A DNA stretch of 64,000 bases from Candidatus Poribacteria bacterium (GTDB lineage: Bacteria; Poribacteria; WGA-4E; PCPOR2b). The stretch lies in NCBI GenBank assembly GCA_965116925.1, contig OZ220744.1:2112001-2176000 (forward strand), written 5' to 3'. The notes beneath the pieces are model-generated. The model did not search any database, was not told the DNA's origin, and saw only the letters and a program-made list of their open reading frames with translations. Positions 29,646 to 40,911 of this stretch are shown here, piece by piece (the first letter of the stretch is position 1; each line of letters opens with the position of its first letter). Position numbers and translations under genes: made by a program.

Positions 29646-29866
29646 GATGGATCTCCAACGCTATGTTGAGGAAATATCTGAGGTTTTCGCGATTATCTTA
29701 TCAGTGTTTTATCAATTTTACAACAAAAATGCGATTAGTCTGTAATGGCATTGTTTTATCGCTAATATTGAGAAAGGGTGGTATAATAAATATATAGAAT
29801 TTCTTATGATCACATTGGCGGCTATTCATCATACAAAACTGGTTATATGACAACGGAGGTGCTTTT

Positions 29867-30892
29867 ATGCCGTTTGGAGGCAATGACTGGCTTGCTTTAA
29901 CCCCGGAACCGACCTTGGAGCCGGAGATTCCTATCTGTGATCCCCATCATCACTTCTGGGACTTTCGGACAGAGCGGGTTCCTTATCAACGGTATCTGCT
30001 TCACGAGCTAGCTGATGATGTGAACAGTGGTCACAATGTGCGATCCACGGTGTTTGTTGAAGCAAGAGCGATGTACCGCGCTGACGGACCGGAGGAGATG
30101 CGTCCTGTGGGCGAAGTTGAATTTGTGCAAGGGTTGGCAGCCGCCAGCGCGAGCGGGTTATACGGACCTTGCCGGGCTGCAGCAGCAATCGTCGGCCACG
30201 CCAACCTGAACTTGGGGGAGCGGGTTGAACCGGTGCTTCAAGCGTTGCAGGCAGCGAGTCCTAATCGCTTTCGGGGTATCCGCCATGCTGTAACTTGGGA
30301 TCCCCATCCAGAGGTCGAAAACACGAGTGCTCACAGAATGCAGGGACAGTTGGCTACCGATAATTTTCGGGCTGGTGCACGGGTGCTAGCAGGTATGGGG
30401 CTGTCCTTTGAGGCTTGGATGTACTTCCCCCAGCTGCCCGAATTGGCGGATTTTGCCAAAGCTGTGCCTGACCTGACTATTATTCTCAATCATATCGGAG
30501 GTTTGCTACGGGTTGGTCCTTATGCCAACCGGGACGACGAGGTACTCGCCACTTGGCGGAACGGCATCGCTGCTGTGGCAAAATGTCCCAATATCAACCT
30601 TAAACTGGGCGGCATCGGAATGCCCCGCACCGGTTTTGACTGGCACGACCGAACAACACCCGCTGGGTCGGAAGAGCTTGCATCGGATATGGCACCCTTG
30701 ATGAATTACTGCATTGAACAGTTCGGTCCCGACCGGTGTATGTTTGAGAGCAATTTCCCCGTCGATAAAGTGTCGTATTCCTACCACGTGATGTATAACG
30801 CTTTCAAACGTTTATCATCGGGTTACTCGGCTGACGAGCGTGCTGCTATGTTTCACGATACCGCTGTGCGTGTATATAAGATAGATCTGTGA
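29867..30892 (+). CDS. Amidohydrolase_2 family protein (lactonase-like)
   Basis: DPHHHFWD, FRGIRH, LNHIGG, FESNFPVD. Confidence 0.92.
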   Translation: MPFGGNDWLALTPEPTLEPEIPICDPHHHFWDFRTERVPYQRYLLHELADDVNSGHNVRSTVFVEARAMYRADGPEEMRPVGEVEFVQGLAAASASGLYGPCRAAAAIVGHANLNLGERVEPVLQALQAASPNRFRGIRHAVTWDPHPEVENTSAHRMQGQLATDNFRAGARVLAGMGLSFEAWMYFPQLPELADFAKAVPDLTIILNHIGGLLRVGPYANRDDEVLATWRNGIAAVAKCPNINLKLGGIGMPRTGFDWHDRTTPAGSEELASDMAPLMNYCIEQFGPDRCMFESNFPVDKVSYSYHVMYNAFKRLSSGYSADERAAMFHDTAVRVYKIDL

Positions 30893-30994
30893 ACTAACGA
30901 TAACGGTTTGGAACTGTTATTGACGTGAAATGTGATGCGTGATGCGTAAAAAGTTGGGGCATGAACCAGTGCCCCCTTGAACAATGAGGATATT

Positions 30995-32689
30995 ATGCAA
31001 ATTAAAAATCCGTCAGGCATCAAAAGCGGCTTAACAAACTACGGGGATCCAGAGTTCAGCGTCTACATCCGTAAGGCGTTTGCCAAGGCGATGGGATATT
31101 CGGATCAGGAGTTGGAACGTCCTATCGTGGGCATCATCAACACCTTCAGCGGTTTCAACAGTTGTCATCACAATTTTGCCGACCTTATCGAAGCGGTGAA
31201 ACGAGGGGTGTTGTCTCACGGTGGGCTGCCGATTGAATTCCCGACAATTTCGCTTGGCGAGATGTTTACATCGCCCACTACGATGATGTTTCGCAACCTG
31301 ATGGCAATGGACACGGAGGAGATGATTCGTGCCCAGCCGATGGACGGTGTTGTCCTGTTGGGTGGGTGCGATAAGACAGTTCCCGCTCAGTTGATGGGAG
31401 CAGTGAGTGCAGATCGTCCGGCGATCTGTCTGGTTGCGGGCCCGATGATTACCGGGGATTATCAGGGACAACGACTTGGGGCTTGCACCGACTGCCGTCG
31501 GTTCTGGGGTGAATATCGCGCTGGTCGTTTGAACGAAGACGAGCTGGCTGAGGTCGAGAGTCGATTGTGTTCTAGCACAGGAACTTGTATGGTGATGGGC
31601 ACAGCCAGCACGATGGCGACGTTGGCGGAGGCACTCGGACTGATGTTGCCCGGCGGTGCGGCTATCCCTGCGGTGATGTCGGAACGGCGGCGTCATGCGG
31701 AAGCGGCGGGTAGGATGATTGTTTCAATGATTAAGAACGATCTCCGTCCCTCGAAGATTTTGACAGAACGGTCTTTCGAGAACGCGATCCGTCTTCTGAT
31801 GGCGATTGGTGGTTCAACAAACGGTGTCATCCATTTGACAGCGATTGCGCGGCGACTCGGCATTAAGCTTGAACTCACGGATTTTGATCGGATCAGCGAT
31901 GAGACACCGGTCATAGTAAATCTCAAACCGAGCGGTGCGTATTATATGGAAGATCTCTTTAAGGCGGGCGGAATCCCTGTGGTGATGAAGGCACTCGAAG
32001 ATGTTCTCCACCGAGATGCCCAGACGCTGTTAGGGACTACGGTTGGGGAAAATCTCGCTGCGGTGCCTCAGCCGGCAGCGTGGCAGGATGTCATCAAGCC
32101 CAGAACGGCACCGCTGTTTGAGTCCGGTACGCTTGCCAGCCTCTATGGGAACTTAGCACCTCAAGGAGCGGTGATTAAACGTTCGGCTGCCTCGCCCAAT
32201 CTACTGACACATCGGGGTCCGGCGGTCGTCTTTAAGTCGTTGGAAGATCTACACAATCGTATTGATGATCCCAATTTGCCGGTTACTAAAGATCATGTCA
32301 TCGTTCTGCAGAACGCGGGCCCGATCGGTGGACCGGGGATGCCGGAGGCAGGCTATCTCCCGATCCCGAAAAAACTCTTGCGGGCTGGCGTTAAAGATAT
32401 GGTTCGCATCTCCGACGCTCGGATGAGTGGGACAGCGTTCGGCACGATTGTGCTTCACATCGCTCCTGAAGCGGCTATCGGTGGACCGCTGGCGTTGGTG
32501 GAGGATGGCGATCTGATTGAGTTGGATGTCCCAAACAAACGGTTGGAACTGCGCGTTGATGACGCAGTATTGGCAAAGCGGAGGGAGCGGCTCGTCCTTC
32601 CTGAACCGTACTTCCAGCGGGGCTATGGGTTGCTATACACCCAGCACATCGAACAGGCACATTTGGGCTGTGATTTTGATTTCCTTTAG
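30995..32689 (+). CDS. IlvD/Edd family dehydratase, probably of the sugar-acid type
   Basis: GCDKTVP, CMVMGTASTM, GGSTN, GPGMPE, SDARMSGT. Confidence 0.93.
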   Translation: MQIKNPSGIKSGLTNYGDPEFSVYIRKAFAKAMGYSDQELERPIVGIINTFSGFNSCHHNFADLIEAVKRGVLSHGGLPIEFPTISLGEMFTSPTTMMFRNLMAMDTEEMIRAQPMDGVVLLGGCDKTVPAQLMGAVSADRPAICLVAGPMITGDYQGQRLGACTDCRRFWGEYRAGRLNEDELAEVESRLCSSTGTCMVMGTASTMATLAEALGLMLPGGAAIPAVMSERRRHAEAAGRMIVSMIKNDLRPSKILTERSFENAIRLLMAIGGSTNGVIHLTAIARRLGIKLELTDFDRISDETPVIVNLKPSGAYYMEDLFKAGGIPVVMKALEDVLHRDAQTLLGTTVGENLAAVPQPAAWQDVIKPRTAPLFESGTLASLYGNLAPQGAVIKRSAASPNLLTHRGPAVVFKSLEDLHNRIDDPNLPVTKDHVIVLQNAGPIGGPGMPEAGYLPIPKKLLRAGVKDMVRISDARMSGTAFGTIVLHIAPEAAIGGPLALVEDGDLIELDVPNKRLELRVDDAVLAKRRERLVLPEPYFQRGYGLLYTQHIEQAHLGCDFDFL

Positions 32690-32835
32690 TCATACCTTTG
32701 CTATTATAGTGGATCTTAGAATTGATGAGACACCCAAAATCGGCGCAGTTGCAAACAGCGCCTACCAAACATGGGGAGCGAAAGCGTTCATTTATTTTTT
32801 GAATTCACTATAAATTATTGGAGGAGAAAAGCAAA

Positions 32836-33204
32836 ATGCTTGAAGAACAGTATCAAAAAGGTGTTGAACAGTTTTCAAAAATGGTTGGCACGAATAAAAT
32901 AGACGAATTGAGGGAGAAATTTAGGTCGTTATCTCCGGATTTTGAAAGGTGTGTGATGGGAGTTGTTGGTGGTGAGATTTGGAGCCGTCCCAACTTAGAT
33001 TTAAGAACACGGAGTCTTTGTAGCATTGCGATTTTAGCGGCGTTGGGCCGAGTGAATGCCCTAGAACTGAACGTTCAAATGGCATTGAATAACGGTGCAA
33101 CGAAGGCTGAAATCGTTGAGGTCTTTTTTCAGGTTGCCGCGTATGCTGGTTTTGCGGCGGCATGGGACGGGTTGGAAAAAGTCAATGAGATCTTCAAAGG
33201 ATAG
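32836..33204 (+). CDS. Carboxymuconolactone decarboxylase (CMD) family protein
   Basis: GEIWSRPNLDLRTRSL...ALNNGAT..EI.E...YAGF. Confidence 0.9.
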   Translation: MLEEQYQKGVEQFSKMVGTNKIDELREKFRSLSPDFERCVMGVVGGEIWSRPNLDLRTRSLCSIAILAALGRVNALELNVQMALNNGATKAEIVEVFFQVAAYAGFAAAWDGLEKVNEIFKG

Positions 33205-33234
33205 GTTACCTATTTTTAAGGAAGGGGAATTTTG

Positions 33235-34392
33235 ATGAGCCAACCAATTCGTGTTACGATCCTCGGTCTTGGACAGCGTGGACTTCAGCATTTGAAAGCC
33301 CTTTGGAAACTCCAAGGCGAGGGGCTTGCCAAAATTGCTGCGTTAATTGACGTTTTTGAGGACAACCTTGCGGAGGCGAAGATCCAGAAATATGTAGAGG
33401 GATTTCAGATTGATGGCATCCACACCTCAACAGATTTCGGGGAAACTCTCGCAGAATTATCATTAGATGCGATCTATTTCGCCTTACCGCCGGGGGTACA
33501 CAACGGCGAAATCATTCAAGCCGCGAATGCGGGGGTGCACATTTTCGCTGAAAAGCCGATGAGCCTATATCTGAATGAAGCCATTGAAATGGAGCGTACG
33601 ATACAGGGGAACGGCGTTATTTCCACAGCAGGGTTCCAACAGCGGTACGATGCGCGTTATGAAGCTGTCCACGACTTTCTCGCTGATAAACAGCCTGTAA
33701 TGACCACCATGATAGTCAACGGTGCGCTTGAGGGCCATTCAATCAAGCATACCAAAACTGAAACATTGGGGGGACCCGCCAATCGTGTCTGGACGGCAAA
33801 CTACGAGTGGTCTGGGGCGACCGTTGTGGAAGGGGGTATTCACCAAACAGACCTGATGCGGTATTGGTTTGGCGACATCTCATGGGTTGAGGCGAATTAT
33901 ATCCATCGTGACGCATCGGATATCATTGATGGTGGGAATAATCCGTATGCCTACAGTGTGAGATACGGCTTTGAATGTGGCTGCATTGCCAATCTCATCC
34001 TGTCCCGTCTGCGCCAAACCTACTATAGCGATGGCTACGAGAGTATACTCTGGACGCACGGACATCTGAAGCTTGAGGGGAATGATGTGGTTGCTTACTA
34101 CTACGATGGTCCATATCCACCAGCGCAAACACCGTCTCAGGAAGCGGTTCGACATGTCCTTCCGCTGCCCCACGGTGTCGATTCAACAGAGCAGATCAGC
34201 CGCGCTTTTCTCAGCGCGGTTGGCGCAGGCAATTCGGATCAACTTCGGAGTACCTTTGCGAGCAGCATGAATAGCCTTGCCGCGGTTCTTGGTGCGAACG
34301 TCTCTGATCAACTTGGGGGAGAGCGCGTATATCTGAAGGATTTTCTGGTTGATGCGAAGTATGATCGTTTCCGCCAAAAGCCTGCTGGATGA
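33235..34392 (+). CDS. Gfo/Idh/MocA family oxidoreductase
   Basis: ILGLGQRG, AEKP, EGGIHQTD. Confidence 0.9.
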   Translation: MSQPIRVTILGLGQRGLQHLKALWKLQGEGLAKIAALIDVFEDNLAEAKIQKYVEGFQIDGIHTSTDFGETLAELSLDAIYFALPPGVHNGEIIQAANAGVHIFAEKPMSLYLNEAIEMERTIQGNGVISTAGFQQRYDARYEAVHDFLADKQPVMTTMIVNGALEGHSIKHTKTETLGGPANRVWTANYEWSGATVVEGGIHQTDLMRYWFGDISWVEANYIHRDASDIIDGGNNPYAYSVRYGFECGCIANLILSRLRQTYYSDGYESILWTHGHLKLEGNDVVAYYYDGPYPPAQTPSQEAVRHVLPLPHGVDSTEQISRAFLSAVGAGNSDQLRSTFASSMNSLAAVLGANVSDQLGGERVYLKDFLVDAKYDRFRQKPAG

Positions 34393-34399
34393 CAAGAAA

Positions 34400-34463
34400 A
34401 AAGGCATATACATTTACTCAATCGAATGTCTGTCGATTATCCATGAGAAATATATATGCCTTC
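34400..34463. terminator. Long hairpin between convergent genes, possible terminator
   Basis: AAGGCATATAcATTTaCTCA...TGAGAAATATATATGCCTT with an A-run on the left. Confidence 0.45.
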
Positions 34464-34551
34464 TAATTTAGATGTGGATGGCAAAATATGCCAGTGCCAC
34501 TACAATCACTGTTGCAACGCTAATCAGGTCCCCGTTCCGAGGATTCTTGAC

Positions 34552-34752
34552 CTATCGTTGTCTAGAGTGAAAAGTGCGAATTTTATTTTTCCGTTGCCGT
34601 TTTAGTTCTAGGCGGCGTCGTTTTTCGCTCGGCTTCTCGTAGAAGCTGCGTCGTCTAATTTCCGTGACGATACCCGCCTTGCCGCAAATCTTCTTGAAGC
34701 GAGCAAGAGCTCTATCAAGTGTTTCGTCCGGTTCTACTCTAACATGGATCAT
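34552..34752 (-). CDS. rpsU: 30S ribosomal protein S21
   Basis: ETLDRALARFKK...AGIVTEIRRRSFYEKPSEKRR. Confidence 0.95.
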   Translation of the reverse strand: MIHVRVEPDETLDRALARFKKICGKAGIVTEIRRRSFYEKPSEKRRRLELKRQRKNKIRTFHSRQR

Positions 34753-34984
34753 TGTATCAAACCTATCCCCCTTTCGACGCTTGGGATTTTAGTAACTGCA
34801 AGACTTACACATTTCAGCATAGATGGCGCGGGGAAACCAGATGCCCCGCCTACGGTTGGCTGCGTAAGTCCTAACTAGTAACAGGTTGTGCAGAAAGTGT
34901 AATGCAGATAATCATGAATGCAAAATATTCTGAGTACCTGTCTTACCAAAATCTCAAATACGGTTTCTTAAAGTTCTGTTTCCT

Positions 34985-35013
34985 ATTATACCAACTTATT
35001 TCCTGATTCTCAA
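34985..35013 (-). promoter_or_regulatory. Sigma-70 promoter for rpsU, TTGAGA-N17-TATAAT
   Basis: Near-consensus boxes on the minus strand. Confidence 0.6.
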
Positions 35014-35222
35014 CAGAAAAATTCGATACAGGCAATATTAATTAGGAGTTACGCCCTTCAGTCCCGATTTTATCGGGATTCTATGAATGAAACGTGAAAC
35101 GTAATAAATGAATCACTGAACGTATGATGGGCATTGGGCTTCGTTTGCTTATCCGTGTTTTCCGCTGAACCCGTGATTTAGACAATAATTATACACACCT
35201 ATCGCGCGCTGTTCTAGGTGGT

Positions 35223-35246
35223 GTCGATTTTGGAAAATCGACCTAC
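35223..35246 (-). repeat. REP-like hairpin GTAGGTCGATTTTCCAAAATCGAC; second copy at 40321-40344
   Basis: Two identical copies. Confidence 0.8.
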
Positions 35247-35407
35247 AGAAGTTTTTATCCAGTTGGGTTTCACTGTATTTATTTCTAAGAGACCGTTGTT
35301 GAAAATCAGAATCGCTATTGCGGTTGATAGGGATTTGCATTTAACCGTTCAACCCAACCTACGTGGCCGTCAGATGTCAACAGAACCTTATCACTGAGGA
35401 GTATAAC

Positions 35408-36394
35408 ATGGCACTAAAATGGGGAGTGCTTGGCGCGGGAAGCGTTGCACAACGCCGGGCTATGCCGGCGATAACGAAAGCTGGAGATGCAGAACTCCAT
35501 GCTCTTCTTTCTAGAGATGCAGAACGTGCCCAGCGGCTTGCGATAGAGTATGGTGCAAAGAAATATTACACAACGGTCGATGAACTTTTGTCAGACGAAG
35601 TGTTGGATGCGATTTATGTATCTACGCCTGTGTATCTACATTGTGAGCAGGTCATCGCAGCTGCGGAACGCGGTTTCCATGTCCTCTGTGATAAACCGAT
35701 GGGGATGAATACGGCGGAGTGCCAACGGATGATCGATGCGTGCCAAGCCAACGGTGTACATCTGCAAATTTGCTTCCTGTTTCGTTTCCACTCCTGTTTT
35801 CAGGGGATAAAAAGCTGGGTGGTTGAGGGACGTTTGGGGCAAATTGTTCAAGGACGAGTGCCGTTTCTGAAGCCTTTTCCGGTTCCGCCGGGGGCGTGGC
35901 GTGGTAATCCAGATCAGGGCGGCGGTGGCTCGCTGATGGATCTCGGGTCGCACGGAGTTGATCTCTTACGTTATATCCTCGGCGAAGTGAGTCAGGTAAG
36001 TGCATTCTGTAATAGTGTGGTCCATGGGTACGATGTTGAAGAGACCGGGACGATTATGATGCGTTTTGAGAACGGTGCTCAGGGATTTGTTGACACTAGT
36101 TTCGCTGCTGCGGGGGGCGACCTTGTCATCGAAATATACGGCACCGATGGGTGGGTGTGGGTCTACAATGACGATGGTTGGAAGATTAAACTCTCCGTCA
36201 ACGGTGAATCGCAGATTATTGACTCTCAATTTGAAGATCTCTACCAATTGCAATTTGAGCATTTTGCACGGTGTGTTACGGAGAGAGAACAGCCGATTGT
36301 AACGGGGGTGGATGGGCTGCGGACCAATGAGATTCTCGCAGCTGCCTACGAATCGGATCGAACAGGAAAAGCTATTTCGTGTTCGGTGGACTAG
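35408..36394 (+). CDS. Gfo/Idh/MocA family oxidoreductase
   Basis: WGVLGAGSVA, CDKP, GGGSLMDLGSH. Confidence 0.93.
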   Translation: MALKWGVLGAGSVAQRRAMPAITKAGDAELHALLSRDAERAQRLAIEYGAKKYYTTVDELLSDEVLDAIYVSTPVYLHCEQVIAAAERGFHVLCDKPMGMNTAECQRMIDACQANGVHLQICFLFRFHSCFQGIKSWVVEGRLGQIVQGRVPFLKPFPVPPGAWRGNPDQGGGGSLMDLGSHGVDLLRYILGEVSQVSAFCNSVVHGYDVEETGTIMMRFENGAQGFVDTSFAAAGGDLVIEIYGTDGWVWVYNDDGWKIKLSVNGESQIIDSQFEDLYQLQFEHFARCVTEREQPIVTGVDGLRTNEILAAAYESDRTGKAISCSVD

Positions 36395-36806
36395 GGCGTG
36401 TTGACATTCTGATGCTGCTCATTCGGCAAACGCTGTAACCATCGGAGGACTTGGCATAAGTAGATGGGATCACAATCTAACAGATCGTGGTACAAAAGAC
36501 CGCTTTTATGAAATAAGTTTTTGCAAAGGAGCCGTCTTGATAAAAAACGGAGTTGGGTTTCACTCTATTTGTCCATAAGGAGGTGTTGTTGGGCAACCGA
36601 GCCTCTATTGGACTTGATAGAGATTGCCGTTTAACCGTTCAACCCAACCTACGGACTATCAATCAACAGAATCCAGTCAAATGGTTGAAAGAGCGCAGCG
36701 ACAAAATGACACGCTAATGACAAACATAAAGCCGTGATGACATTTTGTCTCGGTTTTAAGGGTGTCAAATTGTCATTGTAGGGCGAATAACCCAGTAATA
36801 GCGGGG

Positions 36807-36822
36807 TGGCATATCTATTGCA
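36807..36822 (+). promoter_or_regulatory. Sigma-54 -24/-12 promoter TGGCAT-N5-TTGCA upstream of groES
   Basis: GG-N10-GC spacing, 60 bp before the ATG; TGACA/TGTCA palindromes at about 36700-36778. Confidence 0.7.
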
Positions 36823-36882
36823 TATTATCTATGTGTTGTATCAGACTATTGATTCAAACCTTAACGAAAAGGAGACTAAGAT

Positions 36883-37173
36883 ATGGCACTCACGCCGTTA
36901 GGCGATCGGATTTTAATCCGACGCACTGAAGAAGATGAGCAGACAACCAGTGGCGGGATTATTATCCCTGACACTGCGAAAGAGAAACCTCAAGAAGGCG
37001 AAGTTATCGCTGTTGGGCAAGGTCGCTTGCTTGATAATGGCGATCGGCAACCCGTTGACGTTGCAGCTGGAGACAAAATTCTATTTGGGAAATACTCTGG
37101 CACAGAAGTGACGTATGAAAATGAAGAGCTGCTGATTCTACGCGAAGATGATATCTTGGCAAAGATTAGCTAA
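36883..37173 (+). CDS. groES: Co-chaperonin GroES
   Basis: [32 protein letters not shown]. Confidence 0.99.
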   Translation: MALTPLGDRILIRRTEEDEQTTSGGIIIPDTAKEKPQEGEVIAVGQGRLLDNGDRQPVDVAAGDKILFGKYSGTEVTYENEELLILREDDILAKIS

Positions 37174-38841
<1,668 letters not shown>

Positions 38842-38842
38842 T

Positions 38843-38940
38843 CAATGGTGCTAGTTTGCCACTGTTGATAGCGTAACACGTGAAACGTGATGCGTGATAC
38901 GTGAAAATCATTTGTTCATCGGTTCATTAGTTCATTCATG
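38843..38940. repeat. Short-period (CGTGAAA/CGTGATG heptamer) repeat element, with an inverted copy at about 43221-43293 and related tracts near 19280, 30925, 35090, 54620, 57967
   Basis: Tandem heptamers, often followed by GTTCATT(A/G)G octamers. Confidence 0.7.
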
Positions 38941-39060
38941 AATTTGTGAACCGATGAACGTCCCGATAAATCGGGATCCAAAGCGACTTGAAGGGTGTGG
39001 AAACGGCATTCTCACCAACTCGCATCAAAGGTGATTAAACACTTGAAATTATAGGTAGAT

Positions 39061-39099
39061 ATGGAGGGCAGAGATTTTCTTTGCCCTCCATTTTTTTTT
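39061..39099 (+). terminator. Intrinsic terminator of groESL
   Basis: ATGGAGGGCAgAG-loop-CTTTGCCCTCCAT followed by a T-run. Confidence 0.8.
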
Positions 39100-39386
39100 A
39101 TGAGACTTGTGCAGCTGATATAATGTTCTATATTTAACGCAAAGACGCTATGACGCAAGGTTTTTACTTTGTTAGGACTTACGTGTGGTTGAGCGTTCAA
39201 AATCTTGTTGCTTCGACGATTTATTGCCAAAAAACACAACTCCCGATTCCGTTGCGTTGGAATGATGTTCCGATGTTGTTGGATCATTCCAATTCCTACA
39301 ACACGATAGATTCACGGTTTCGTAGGGAACGCAGATCTGCGTTCCCTACAGAATATATTATCTCCTACTAAAAGAGACTCAACGAC

Positions 39387-40181
39387 ATGCGCCTATCATG
39401 GAATGAAATCCGTGCCCGCGCCGCTGCATTCGCTCAGAAATGGGCGGATGCAGGCTACGAAAAAGGGGAGACCCAACTTTTCTACCGCGACTTTTTCGCC
39501 ATCTTTGACGTATCCGTGCGCCGGATTGCCTCGTTTGAAGAACACGTTAAACTACTCGACAATAGGCACGGCTTTATTGACCTGTTTTGGAAAGGGGTGC
39601 TCCTTGTTGAGCAAAAAAGTGCGGGGCTCAATCTAGCAGAAGCCAAAACTCAAGCATTCTCTTACTTTTCCGGTCTCAAGGACGCTGACCTACCCCGCTA
39701 CCTCCTCCTGAGCGATTTCCAGACCTTTGAGTTATACGACCTCGACGAAGACGAAAGCGTTGCTTTTACCCTCCCTGAGCTGCCCCAACACGTCGAAAAG
39801 TTCAGTTTTATCTTGGGCGTACAGAAGCGATCCTTCAGGGATCAGGATCCGGTCAATATCGAAGCCTCCGAGCGTGTTGGGCAACTACCTCCTGTTCCTG
39901 CGGAACGGTTGGAACGCCTTGAACCTTACGCTGACGCTGTCTTCACCGCTCGCGCTGCCTACCCCGACGCAACCTTAGCCGATCTCTACGATCCGGATCT
40001 CATGCCGGTCGATCTCCGCAGGGCACATCGCGCCTTGGACGGTGCCGTTGATAAGCTCTACCGACGCTCTCCATTTTCATCTGACCGTGAGCGGGTTGAA
40101 CACCTGCTCGGTTTGTACGAAAAAATGATGGTGCCGTTAGCGGCAAACAACAAACCAAAAAGGAGACGACGGCGGAGATAG
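39387..40181 (+). pseudogene. Internally deleted MmeI-like type IIL restriction-modification gene (nuclease domain fused in frame to the C-terminal domain)
   Basis: N-terminal MRLSWNEIRARA...FIDLFWKGVLLVEQKS...DQDPVNIEASE and C-terminal TLADLYDPDLMP..LRRAHRALD.AVDKLY; no methyltransferase motifs. Confidence 0.8.
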
Positions 40182-40391
40182 TGGGGAAAATTGGGGCACC
40201 GATTGCTAGGAGCATGTGTCGGGCAAGATGCCCGACCTACGGGTGTTGGTCTCAATCCCGATAAATTGGGGTTTCGCTATGCTCAACCTGTAGGTCGAGA
40301 TTCATATCTCGACACAGCATGTCGATTTTGGAAAATCGACCTACTTAAAATGCTCTTTTTAATTTCAACTATTTTTTTAGGAGGTACGAAG

Positions 40392-40754
40392 ATGAGATAT
40401 TTACTGATTCTTGCTCTGCTGTTTCTGTCAGCTTGCGGTGTGGAAAATCCATTCTCTTCACTTGTTGACGAAGAGGAGCATATTGAAATTATCACGATTG
40501 GTCCTTACATCAAGCGGTGTCAGGGATTTATTGAGCAGGATTGCTATCTTGAGTACAATGAGGATTCAGCGCGCTGGGAGTTCTTTTACGAGAGTATTCG
40601 GGGCTTTGATTTTGAGCCGGGATTTATCTACACGCTTGAGGTCAGGTTGGAAGATCGGGGTACGGAGATACAGGATGTGGGACGATATGCCTATCACCTT
40701 GTTAAAGTAGTCGAAAAGAAAAAAGCCCCTGAAGATTTTAGTTACGGTTGGTAG
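40392..40754 (+). CDS. DUF4377-like lipoprotein
   Basis: Lipobox LSAC, two Cys, WEFFYESIRGFDFEPGFIYTLEV. Confidence 0.75.
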   Translation: MRYLLILALLFLSACGVENPFSSLVDEEEHIEIITIGPYIKRCQGFIEQDCYLEYNEDSARWEFFYESIRGFDFEPGFIYTLEVRLEDRGTEIQDVGRYAYHLVKVVEKKKAPEDFSYGW

Positions 40755-40911
40755 GGTTTAGCGGAGGATGGTATGTAGTTGGATTAAGTTGGGTTTCACT
40801 CCGCCTATATTGAAAAGACTGTTTTTAAGGATCGAACCTTTATTGTCGCTGACGGGAATTCACGTGTAACCGTTCAACCCAACCTACGCGCATTAGTGTA
40901 TGATTTGTGCC

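Noticed and set aside
36680..36882. CIRCE element upstream of groES
   Set aside because: No TTAGCACTC-N9-GAGTGCTAA match found by eye.
40191..40391. Extended N-termini of ORFs 40191, 60472, 63296 and the ORF 58035-58277
   Set aside because: The extensions are translated repeats or overlap other genes, and RBS-supported starts lie downstream.
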